DNA of 64,000 nucleotides, taken from contig MU004231.1 in the NCBI GenBank assembly GCA_010405405.1, positions 4,018,884-4,082,883 on the forward strand, written 5' to 3'. Below are positions 49,501 through 60,334 of this stretch, piece after piece. The DNA is from Microthyrium microscopicum (Eukaryota). Position numbers and translations under genes: made by a program. Every line of letters starts with the position of its first letter. Position 1 is the first letter of the stretch. The notes beneath the pieces are model-generated. The model was not told the origin of the DNA, did not search any database, and saw only the letters and a list, made by a program, of their open reading frames with translations.

Positions 49501-50461
49501 TTATTTATAGTAGTAGGGTTAGTAAAGAGACTACTAAGATCTATATATACTCTTTTAAGCTTTTAAGTTATTTAATTTTATATAGCTTTTAAGTAATTAA
49601 ACTAGATTTTTATTACTTTATTATAAGTAGTATAGTTAGTAATATAAAAGTAAGTAAACTTAATTTAGCTCTTTAAAGTACGTTATAGATATATCTTATT
49701 TATATATCTAAGGCGTTAATACTAGAGTTTAGTAGATATTATATATTCTTTAAACGTAAAGATAGTATTTATTAGTAGTTATATTTAGTAAGTATAGAGT
49801 TATATTTACTATTTAAATATAAGGATAGTATTTAAAGAAAGCTATTAAAGAGTATAAAGTTATTAAGTAAAATAACTTACTACGCTAATAAGGGAACTAT
49901 TATTATAAAGAATTTAAGCTTTAGAGTTCTTAAACTAGACTTTAACATTAGTTTTAAGATTATTAGAAGTTAGGAGGAGCTTCTTTAGTAAGATAATATT
50001 AAAAAATAAGCTAGGGATATAGGCTATGTTATTAAGAATAAATATTTTATAGACTTTATTATTATTTAAGTTAGTAATATAGGTAGAAATATAAGTAGTT
50101 TCTATTCCTTTAATATTTACGTTTCTACTAAGTCTTAATAGTTATTAATTATTACTATTATTAATAAAGCTTTTAGTAAAATAGCTTAGATTATTAGTAA
50201 TATAGTATAAAGTACTAGAGTTTAGAACTTAACCTTTCCTAGCTTTTATAACGAAGACTAAGTTACTTTAGAATTTTTTATTTATATTAATAGTAAAAAA
50301 GGTAATTAGGTTAATAATATTAACTATAATTTAGACTTAGTTATATTTATAGTTATTATTACTAAAGTTGTTTTTAATATAATTAACTTAATCTTAGTTA
50401 TAGAAATTATACTTATTAATATTAAGTTAATTTTATAAGGATTAATAAGAGCAGCTTTATA

Positions 50462-51333
50462 CATTGTGAAAAAATTATTATGCATCGCAAATTGGACTAC
50501 GTATCCGACGGTAAAACGGTTATTTTAGTTATTTTAAAGACATTAGATGCGCATTGGATGCATATTGGATAAAGTACTAAATAATTCTAGTTATTCTAGT
50601 TATTTTAAACTCATCGTAGTTATTTTAAATATATTGAAAATCTATCGTAGTTATTTAAAATCTATCGTAGTTATTTGAAATCCATCGTGGTTATTGGAGA
50701 CATTGGAACCTGAATAGGCAACTTTAAGGTATAATTTTTATATTACTACTTAGAGCTCGTTAAGCTCTATCTAGATATAGTTTTATTATTTTTATATCTT
50801 AAGTGTTAATTGAGTTATAATTATTTAAACATAAATATATTTTTTATTTTTCGATTTCTATTAATAACTTTTTAAATATAATTGTTATAATAATAAAAAG
50901 TACACCATTAGATAGCCCTCGTTTAGATAAGTAAGTTATAATTTAAATTAGAGTTTATTATCTAGTCGTTACTAGTTGTAGCCAAAAAACGTTTTTTGGA
51001 CTTTAATATTCCTTTTTTTATTTATTTCTAGAATCCTTGCTAACTCTTTGGTTTTTCTACCGTTTTAATTCTAGATTAAACTAAAGGTACTAAACCCTAT
51101 ATTTTAGCCTATAGTAAGGTCATTAGGCGCCTAGCTAGATTAGTTAATTAGTTATTGGACTTACGACTTTACTAAAATCCTTTTATCTATTTTATTAATC
51201 TTAAGGTTATCGTAGGTTATTGTAGTTATTTTAAAGTTATTTCTAACTCCTTAGATAAGGCACTACGTATAATAGTCATAGGTATTATTAGTACTATCAG
51301 ATAACTCAAATTAATGATAATCTTTTCACGATG
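50462..51333. mobile_element. Non-autonomous TIR element (TA duplication) nested in the Copia
   Basis: TIRs of about 19 bp: cattgtgaaaaaattatta and (reverse complement) catcgtgaaaagattatca, flanked by TA. Internal 20-bp tandem unit tctatcgtagttatttaaaa x3 at 50641-50700. Less RIPed than the host element. Confidence 0.8.
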
Positions 51334-52691
51334 TAATTAAGAGAGATAGCTTTAGTAAGACTAACTTTATTATTATTAAGAATAGTATTATTAAGGGCGT
51401 TCTTAAGTTCTACCCTTAATTTAAATGCCTTAGTCTTTTTTAGCCTACTAGTTAATTAGGCGTTTAGTAGCTTCTTTAATATATTTATTAAGCTTCTCTT
51501 AAGACTTAAAGAAAGTTTTTTTAAGTTTAGTATTAGTTAAGTAATTAAAGTAGCTATTAGGTTTATTAAAGTTACTATATTGCGAATAGGAATAATTTAG
51601 ATATAATTAGGTTTTAATACTAGAGTTAATAGTAGTAAGAGCTATATTATTATTCTTTTTTAATTCTTCTTTAGTATAGATAATAACTACTAGCTTATTA
51701 AATTCTATAAGGGGTTTATTAGTAGCTAGATCTTAGTATTTAGCGTTTTAGTATAGAGGAGTAATAATATTATCTATAATAGCTAGGATATTCTTAAGAA
51801 ACTAGATATTTTAGAAATATTTAGGAATTTCTTAGCTTTTTTTAAGCTTATAAAACTTAGTCCTAATCTTAAGAATAGAGTTTTAAAGGGTAGTAGCGAA
51901 TCTATTTAGTCGTTATATATAGTCTTAAAGTCTATTAAAGACTTTCTCAATATAAAAGAAGCTAGCTAACTTATATTAAATTAAGAGGATAGATAAAGCT
52001 TTAGACGTATTAAACTTATTAATAATTATTACTTTTATATTTAGTTTTATAGTAGTATAGAGAATTTTATAGGCTTTAGTATTATAATAGTACTAATATA
52101 CTTAATTATTAAGAGTCTTAGTAAGAAGATATACTTTAGCTTTAGAGAAGAAGGTTTATAGTTTATTAGATTTTATTAAGTATTTAAACTATAGTCTTTA
52201 GAGTCTTTAGTTAGCTAAGCCTTAAAAACGCTTATAGTTAGTAGAGTAGATAGCTTTAAGGATATTGTTTAGTTTAGACTTTAACTTATTAGTAGATAGC
52301 TCTTTTAAGAAATTAGAGAGTATAATTAGGTTAAATAACATTTTAAATAGAGAGGTAGTAGTAGCTATAGTAGCAAGAGCTACTTTTTCTATAAAAGACT
52401 TTTTTATAATTCTATTTATTAGTAGGTTATATATTTTAGTAAGAGATTTACGAAAAGTTTCTATTTATAAGGTAATAACTTATTAAATAATTTATTAAGT
52501 AGTAGCGTCTAGTATTAAGGAGTTAGGGTTTATTAGTTATTAAGTTAGGGAAAAAAGAATAAAATACGTAAATTAACGAGTTAAACTAATAATCTAATCT
52601 AATCTAGATCTAATTTATCTAAGAGCCTATTTACTTTTCTACGTAGATTTTTGTAATCCGTATAGAATTATCTAAGCGCTTAGTACAATTA

Positions 52692-53015
52692 TGTAATATT
52701 CTACTACAACCTAATAGATTTAAAGCTTCTAGTATAATTTACGCTAAGCCTAAATTAAGGATCCTACGCGGAAACGTTAAAAATATTATATTATAAGATC
52801 TAATTAGATCTTCTATTCTCTACTATATTCCTTCTTATCTTTAGGAATATTCTTTACCTCTACTACTATCTAATATTACGCGTCGTTATTTCCTCTCTAG
52901 ATAGTATAAATATATAAGTATTAGTAGTAGTAAGTTAGATAGAATGCTTAATATCTTCTTTACTATTTATTACTAATCTTGATCCCTTGAGGTGCACGGA
53001 CTACTTTCCGTTACA
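52692..53015. mobile_element. Probable solo LTR of a different retrotransposon
   Basis: TGTAAta...cgTTACA ends, with atta/acta flanks consistent with a RIP-altered 4-bp TSD. Contains a TATA-like tataaata. Unrelated to the Copia LTR. Confidence 0.55.
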
Positions 53016-53019
53016 ACTA

Positions 53020-53381
53020 TAGGTGTTTATTTTTGCAGCGTAATAAAATTACGAGCAATACTACTAGAACTACCCCTAATAATCTAGCTTATAGGCTAGC
53101 TATAGTAAGCTGTTAAGTAGTCTAAGAAGGTATAGAACGGTAATAGAAAGAGCAATATCTTAATTATCTATTTAGTATTAAGTTTCGTTAGAGTTTGTAA
53201 TATTTGTACACGTAATATTCTGCAAATTCTAGTAGTTTGGAGAACTAGAAAGTTTTCTGGCGCTGGATTACCTTATTAGGTTTAGTAGGTCACGTTTTTT
53301 TGCAATAGCCGCGCTTTTTAAAAATGCGCAAGATTCTTAGCAATTAGCTAATATTCTGCGCCATAAAAACCGAACACCCTA
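53020..53381. mobile_element. Possible small TIR relic
   Basis: Weak TIRs: taggtgtttatttttgcagcg versus reverse complement tagggtgttcggtttttatggcg. RIP-like interior; no TSD resolved. Confidence 0.35.
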
Positions 53382-53539
53382 CTAGAAACCAGATATTTTA
53401 GCGCTAAACGTGATGCCAACGTGATATTCTGCCAGCACCGCAAGAAAAAGTGAACAGGCCCTAAGCCACATCACACCCGTTGACCGGCGTTCTTAACTCA
53501 GCTGCGCTGAAAATCTCGACTCATTCTTTCATACTCATT

Positions 53540-55093
53540 ATGGAAGACACCCGTTTTGAGTCGATTCTCAAGCAACTTCACTGTGCTAAGAAGACGAAGG
53601 TGCAGATATATGATAGTAGGGAACAAACGAACAAGGAAGACTGGTCTGATGATGCCGAGCTCCTGACAAGGCTGAGAGGTGTAGTGAGTTGCCTAATCGA
53701 GCCCGAATCCAACTATAGCACTCTGTAATATTTTGCGTAGTCCTCCTTGGTCAATAACGACTCAATCCATACCCAGCAAAATGCCTCCACGAGCCAAACA
53801 CCACTGTTTGTGATGTAAGTAGCTCGGTCTCCGCTTTTAGTTTCCTAGCTAAGCTCTGCCTAACTGTTCGATTACTAGCTCTACCACTGGCGTGGGAGAT
53901 CCTGATGGCATAAAAAATCCTTTGAATACATCGAGATCATCACTACAAGCTATTATAGACACTTGCAACCTGCCCCGCGAGCTTGTACAGGTTCTAGCGA
54001 TGCGATTGCCCCATGTATCGCATCACTTTCAATATGAACCGGGAAGCTTGGAAGCAAGCGCTATTAGTACGTGTCGTATCTAGAGCTCTAAATCAGTATG
54101 TTAATCATCTACATAGCTATCTTAGCTCGATTACCAAGGAACAGCATTCATATCACCGTTGCTCTTCGAGTGAGACTCCTGGACAATGCATGTGTCTGTT
54201 TGTTGATTACGAAGTCACCTCAGGATTCAGCAGAGCTAATGAAACTGTGCATCCGACGACAACATCAGCTTGCAAAATACCCGTTTCTGTTGCTGTCGTT
54301 CGTCCTAGAGTATCGATTGGCTTCGTACGAATCGTGGCTCGACCGTCTTTGGAGCCGAGTGGACAAGCTAGAGGTTAGCACTGGTATGACAGCATGGCCA
54401 AGAGCAGAAGATTTGGAGCCAAACACCCAAGATTATGGACCGATGCTCCAGGAGCTACATGCCGTCAATGTTGAGCTACTGGTTGCGGAGACAACGATGA
54501 AGTTCGGTCGAACCTTTGTCGATTTTTGTAGAAAGACATTGGAGATCACCAACGAGAGTCGAAAGCGGGTCGGCTTACCAGAAATGCCATCCTCTGAGCG
54601 GCAGAAAATTGAAGTAGCTATTGCGTTCAACGCAAGATTGGCTCAGTTCAGAGATGATAAATTTCGTGAACTGTTGAACAGAGTTCAATCTCAAATCAAC
54701 GTGGTGTGTTCCTAGAACCTGAATGATGTAGTTGGTTTGACGCTTAATACCTCCAGACCTTCAGTCTTGTCACTCAGCAAGACAGCCGAACGAACACACG
54801 AATTGCCGAGTCTGCTGCCAGGGACAATCAAACTATGAAGACAATTACCGTCATTACCTTATTATTTCTGCCCTCAACACTACTAGCAGTGAGTATTCAA
54901 CCTTGATACAAATGCATAATGTGCTCATCTAGGGTAGACCATTTGGAGTAGTGGAATTTTCAAGATGGAACCGGAAAGAAGCTGGAAGATTTTTGTTGGG
55001 ACGTCTGTTGCACTTACAGCTGTTGTATTTGTTGTTTGGATAACGTATCGAGCTTATGTAGCAGGACGACTTCGGCATTCACTAAAGTTCTAA
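53540..55093 (+). CDS. Fungal CorA-like protein (helical bundle + 2 C-terminal TM helices), 6 exons
   Basis: Introns 53684-53740, 53815-53878, 54067-54116, 54704-54756 and 54889-54937 splice into a stop-free frame. It ends QSQINV.FSL..QQDS......IAE.A.RD..TMKTITVITLLFLPSTLLATIW, then a second TM helix. Confidence 0.85.
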
Positions 55094-56544
55094 AGTTTAT
55101 GATATATGTCTAGCATCGACATAGAGTCTTTTCCTAATTTCCAGAATCGTTTTCTAATGTGTAATAATTTTAAATTAGTCATTTCGTGGCTTTCATATAA
55201 AGGATTTGACAAAGTGATTGTGCAGTTAGATGTAGCTGATCTAGAGGACGTAATTTGGTACTAGATCTCTTGGATCCCTAAGCAGGATGTGTTCACGATC
55301 TCTTGACAATAGGCGCCATCTTAGGTAGCAGTGGCAATATGATGGTGCAGGTTGTTGCAGTGAGAGGGCCCTCGATAAGGAGAGATGGGACCGCCTTTAG
55401 TTGATGGACCACGTGTTGAAAGATCGGAGGAGCAGCGGCTTTAAAACTGGTGGCTAAGACTAGCTGCAAGGGAGTCTTGCTCAAAGCTAGGATAAAAAGG
55501 CTATATAGATTAACTAATATGTATAGAGCGCCTATCTAATATACTACGTCTATACGCAAAGTTTAGTAGATATACTAAGCTTAGCTAATATAAGCTATTA
55601 TAGAAAGGAATAATAAGTAATAGTAAATACTAAATAAGAAGTATTAACTAAGATATATAATAAGAAATATTATTATTCTACTTCTTATAAATAAATTATT
55701 AATATTTATTTACTAGTTATAAACTAATCTTAAACTTAATTTATTAAAAGCGCTATAGAGTAGCCTATAATATAACTAAGTACTTATATTAAGTTTCTAA
55801 TTAAGCTAAGAGACAAGTAGTTTAGTACTTTATTGCCTAAAAATCCTTAGTCTTAAAACTATAAAAGGCTAGCTTAAAATAACTAGCTTAATCTATTAGT
55901 AAGTTATCTACTTTACTACTAGTATTTTACTAGTTTATAATTAGTATTTAAGTTATAATAAACTAATTCTTATATAGACTATACTTATTAAGCTAATTCT
56001 TATAGTAGATAACTTAATTATAATATATATAACTTAGGAACCTATTTTATACTATTTATTTATTTATCTAAATAGTTATATATATATTTATAATATAAGA
56101 GAAAAATAGTAAATTCTAAAGTTTATTATAGATAATATATATATACTATATTAATTATATATTAAAACTAATTCTAAAATAATTTTATCTTTTTACTTTA
56201 TTTAAGAAGTAAAACTAGTTAAATAGTAGTAATATAACTTTCTTATAAAGTAATTAGTTAGTATTATTTTATAATAGGACTTAGAACTTAGTAGTTTTAC
56301 TATAGCTTTAGTTGCTCTTAGTAATTAATCTTTAGTTATAACTACTTTAGTAAGTAGTTAAACTACTTTTAGAAGATAGTAGAGCATTATAGCTTACTAA
56401 GGTAAATTAATGCTTACTATTATAAGGTAAATAAATAGTAATAATGCTACTATTTATTAATAGTATTGTTATAGAGGTTTATTTAGTAGAAAGAGAATAA
56501 AGCTATAAGGAGAGTAGTAGTAAGTATACTTTAGGCTTATAATT

Positions 56545-56700
56545 TGTTAGAAGGTGATCTAAAAGGGACAAAGCTTTTGGGTAGTAGAAGATAATATTAA
56601 AATGGATAAGTTCTTAATTTAAGGGTGTAGGAAGTATCTACTACTTATACAATTTGTGCTGAGTCAGTATTCCTTTGATGTTGAATAATATCTTCCAACA
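56545..56700 (-). repeat. 5' LTR (156 bp) of the Copia element
   Basis: TGTTAG...CCAACA termini, followed by the TSD ctttc. Confidence 0.92.
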
Positions 56701-56930
56701 CTTTCTTGAAAACTAACACCACTAAGCTTCCGTTTACATTCAATTCCTGTCGAATCTCATCAAACACTTCTTCTCTCCGGTAACTCACGTGTTGGTAACA
56801 ATCTCCAGCTAAATCGTGCGGTTTATGGCTCACTAGGGTCCTCCTCGTGGAAGACTGCGGTAGAGGCAACATACAGGGCGTTTGCGCTTAAGCGGTCGAA
56901 GCGTTATCAACATTACTAAAGCTCGCAGAG

Positions 56931-58678
56931 ATGGCTCCAAACGGTGTTGACGCATCAGCCCAGCAACAGGAGAGCTATGCATGTGCCTTTTGTCGACGTC
57001 GGAAGCGGAGCTGTGACAAGAGAAAACCTCAGTGCTCTGCCTGCTCATCTCGCAATCTCGAATGCGACTATTCTAAGTAAAGCACTCACATCCTCAAGGA
57101 TTCGCCATGAACTCATCAAACACACAGACCCCCTGCTCCCAGTGAATCCGACTTACAGCAAGCTAGAGAATGGAGCTATACGCGGCCGCTTCTTACACCA
57201 GCGGACAGCGAGCAATCTTTTCCTGCAGCATACTTTATGGACTACCGTGTATTCAAACACAGCCACATGCAGCTACCAAAGAACAGCTGGACTGCCTCAC
57301 CGGTGCTTCTTGACTTCATTGGCGATCCGGTTTCACTGGCACTGGAATACTGGGAGAAAGTCCACTGGTGGCTACCCATCATATCCAAAAAGCGGTTCCA
57401 TGCACATGCTTTGAACCCTCTGGTCCCACGCGGTGTAGATACAGTACTGCTATTATCCGCGATGAAACTCATCTTATGGCATCCCGATCCAATTACACGC
57501 CCAGACGCCGAGTATATGGCCATCCGCCATGCCTTTGTTGAGGCTGAGAGTGCAGGAGTATTAACACTTCAGTTGCTTCAAGCGAAGATACTCATTACCG
57601 TTTACGAATTTGGACATGCCATTTATCCTGCTGCTTACTTATCGGTCGGCTCATGTGCCCGCTACGGCGCAGCTCTTGGAGTGAATCTGTGCTTGGAATC
57701 TACAGACCTAGCTATTTCTCCTGAAGCTGCTCTGGAGGTGGAAGAGAAGAAAAGGGCTTGGTGGGCTGTACTGCTGCTAGATCGGTTTGTATTTGTAACT
57801 CAATCTCTGGGTGTTGAAGGCTCACAGAAACAGCACCATGCAGCTAGGCAATCCTACGCAAATGCTCTGCACAGAGGAGCCGGCATCCGCCAGCTATCTA
57901 CCCGTGGACGACGCATCGTATGAGGCTGGGGTATGACAACACCCTCGTCTTAAATTAAGTCTACTGACTTGATGCCCAGATTATCACCAGCGAACCATTT
58001 CGAGCGTCGTCTCCGGCATCGATTGAGATGGGTATGCTTGCGAGAATGTGTCAAGCGACATATCTGCTCGGTCGTGTATTAAGATTTCAAGCAAGAAACA
58101 ATGAGCACGAAGACGATGAGATGCGGCAGTCAGAGAAAGTGCAGCTTGATAGGACACTACGCTCTCTCTTGAATTTATTATATGTGGAGGGATCAGTCAA
58201 GCGACTCCCTGTTTGTGCACAGTCGAGTATCTGCTATAGGTACGTCCCACGATCTTCTCCCTCGCGATCATGTGGCTGAGAAAATGTGCTAGTGCCCTCA
58301 TTGCTTTGCACGATCCAGATGCCAAACGAGCAGACTCAGAATATTTCGACTTGACCATGGAATTTCTCAAACCAGTCGTCAATGAGATGACCTGGGCTTC
58401 GGGCGTATGGTTCAACGATCGTCTTGTCAGTATAGCTGATGCTTCACCGTTTCTACTCTTCTGGGCCTATCAAGCTATCACGATATATCGTCGCCTAGAG
58501 GGGCAATACGGCTACGAGGCTCAGCAACATATGTTGCTGATGAATGAGAAGCTCAGAGTCATGTCATTAAGATGGAAAGCTGGAGGTAAGCATTGAAATC
58601 TGTAGCAAGGTCATTTTCTCACCACCAACAGAGGCATATTTGCAAATATTGAAAGCGCGAGAGATCACAATGATGTAA
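56931..58678 (+). CDS. Zn(II)2Cys6 transcription factor with fungal-specific TF middle domain
   Basis: Exon 1 reads CAFCRRRKRSCDKRKPQCSACSSRNLEC (missed by the ORF track), then intron 57077-57127. Later motifs VHWWLPIISKKR, YEFGHAIYPAAYLSVG.CAR and RAWWAVLLLDR. Further introns near 57785, 57931, 58240 and 58586. Confidence 0.88.
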
Positions 58679-58730
58679 TGAATGAAAGTAGCACGATGAT
58701 CAAAGAAGTTTCATGCTATCTACGAATGCA

Positions 58731-59533
58731 CTACTTTTTGGGCTCTCCCAAGGTTGCAATAAATTCATCCGTAGTCATGACTCGAGATGCGAAGAGTGGC
58801 CAAATCATTTCCGTAGCAGCTTTCTTCATTTCAGTGCTGAACGCGGCTGTGGCATCGGACCTGGAAATTCTGTCAGTATCGCTATTCTTGGGCGGCGAGT
58901 TTCCCATGCTTACAACAAGGTAGTCTTGTATCCACTGGAGAAAAGTTAGCGAAATACTCCGAAGATTAGATCAGTGAAGCATTGTTGTAACTCACAGATC
59001 ATATGCATATCGGGCTGACGATTCAACGCAGTGGTTGGTAGTCAATCCAGCCAGCACTACCTTTGTGATCTCCCTCTGGCGGAGCTGATAGTTCAGATCT
59101 GTGTTCTGGAACGAGCTATTACACCCAGGTTAGCACCTCTCTAGTCACTGAACGCCTGAAAGATGTTTACGTACCTGCTTGACCAATGTTTGCTGACAAC
59201 GACATCTCCATTCTCCAGATCTGGCTCCATGCCCTTGAAGATCGTGCCTCCAAAGCCACCCTCTTCGAACACGTTGTTCTCTTTCTGGCTTGAGTGGACG
59301 GCCATCATGTGTTTCCAGCCGTCAAAGTTGCCAGCTCTGGAAGGCTGATGCAACCCATAGTATATAGGAATCTTGTGAGCGCGTGCGGCAGCGATGAGAT
59401 CGAAGATATGTGCGATTGTGTTTGAGTCTTTGATCGATTCTTCGAGTCGAGGGTACATCTTTCCTTCTTCGTGGAGAAAGTCATTGTAGGGATCGATGAG
59501 TAGTATGGCCGTTTTGGAGAGATCGGATGTCAT
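58731..59533 (-). CDS. Isochorismatase-family cysteine hydrolase, 4 exons
   Basis: LLIDPYNDF, SKHWSSSSF.NTDL, AGLTTNHCVESSAR and DATAAFS give the Asp/Lys/Cys triad positions. Stop TAG at 58731-58733. Confidence 0.9.
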
Positions 59534-59746
59534 CTTGGGCTTTGAATATGGGAATGAAGATTTTCAAGTTATATTTGGAGACAATTCTCTGGTTGTATGT
59601 AGAATGTATTTGATTCAAGAAACAAACATTGCCAACTATATATATTATGGACTTTACGACGTGCTGACTTGTATATCTATAACACACATGAACTTTCGAC
59701 TTGTTTTGGGCACTTGAATCATCCATTGGCAAGTAATACATTAGCG

Positions 59747-59779
59747 GCGGATGCAGTGGAGCAAGGCGGGCGCAGTGGA
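59747..59779. promoter_or_regulatory. Candidate Zn2Cys6 binding sites: direct repeat GCGG(A/G)(T/C)GCAGTGGA
   Basis: 12/14 identical copies at 59747-59760 and 59766-59779 in the divergent promoter. CGG triplets are the usual Zn2Cys6 half-sites. Confidence 0.3.
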
Positions 59780-60334
59780 CCGAGGCGGCCGCCAAACAAC
59801 TTTCTATATTACTCGAATATAACTGATATGCTGCTAGGATGTTTCAAATCTTGAATGGGCCTGCCGCCTCAGGAATCTGAAGGCTACCATCACTCGTGTT
59901 GCAGATTATATGACCACGATGGCAAATCATAAGCAGATAGAAGGTGATGGAGTGCTTATAGCTCGTGAAATAAGCCTTACGCATAAACTGAATTTGACGC
60001 TAACAATAGGACCAAGACATGAGGTGAATGTTTATTGATGTCAGAGTCTTAGGTAGAACATTTTCTACAGATTTATGGAAAAGGGGTGGAGGAAACCGGC
60101 CGCCGCTAGTCAGGCAATCCCATGGTCACTGCAGCTTTCCATCCTTATGGCTGATATTTTCATGATTTGAAAAGACGCAGCAGATTCTAGTCGCTTTCAA
60201 GTCGGCTAGGATAGTGATAGCTTACGATTTTCAGGGCGAACTGAATATTCATCACGATCCTTTCTAGTTGACACTCTTTGCCTTGGAGCCCTCAGGAACT
60301 CCGAGTATTCATTTTCACAAAGATATCGTCAAAG

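Larger units (their letters stand above)
46375..56700 (-). mobile_element. Ty1/Copia LTR retrotransposon, heavily RIP-mutated, with nested insertions
   Basis: LTRs 46375-46530 and 56545-56700; TSD CTTTC at 46370-46374 and 56701-56705. PBS-like GGTTATGAGCC relic (+ strand aggcttataatt) beside the right LTR and PPT relic beside the left LTR. RIP-degenerate minus-strand motifs in Copia order: gag (~51340-52500), WH.RLGH (~49710), integrase (~49100-49500), RT KAIYGLKQA (~47835) and YVDD (~47700), RNase H KHIDI/ADGLTK (~46800-46910). Confidence 0.9.

Noticed and set aside
50641..50700. 20-bp tandem repeats as a CRISPR-like array
   Set aside because: No spacers, eukaryotic context, and internal to a TIR element.
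52265..52486. 73-aa ORF in the AT-rich block
   Set aside because: I/L/K/F-biased chance ORF antisense to RIPed gag.
55261..55264. CTAG as a Helitron 3' end explaining the gene capture
   Set aside because: No convincing GC-rich subterminal hairpin or matching 5' TC end, and the orientation would exclude the gene.
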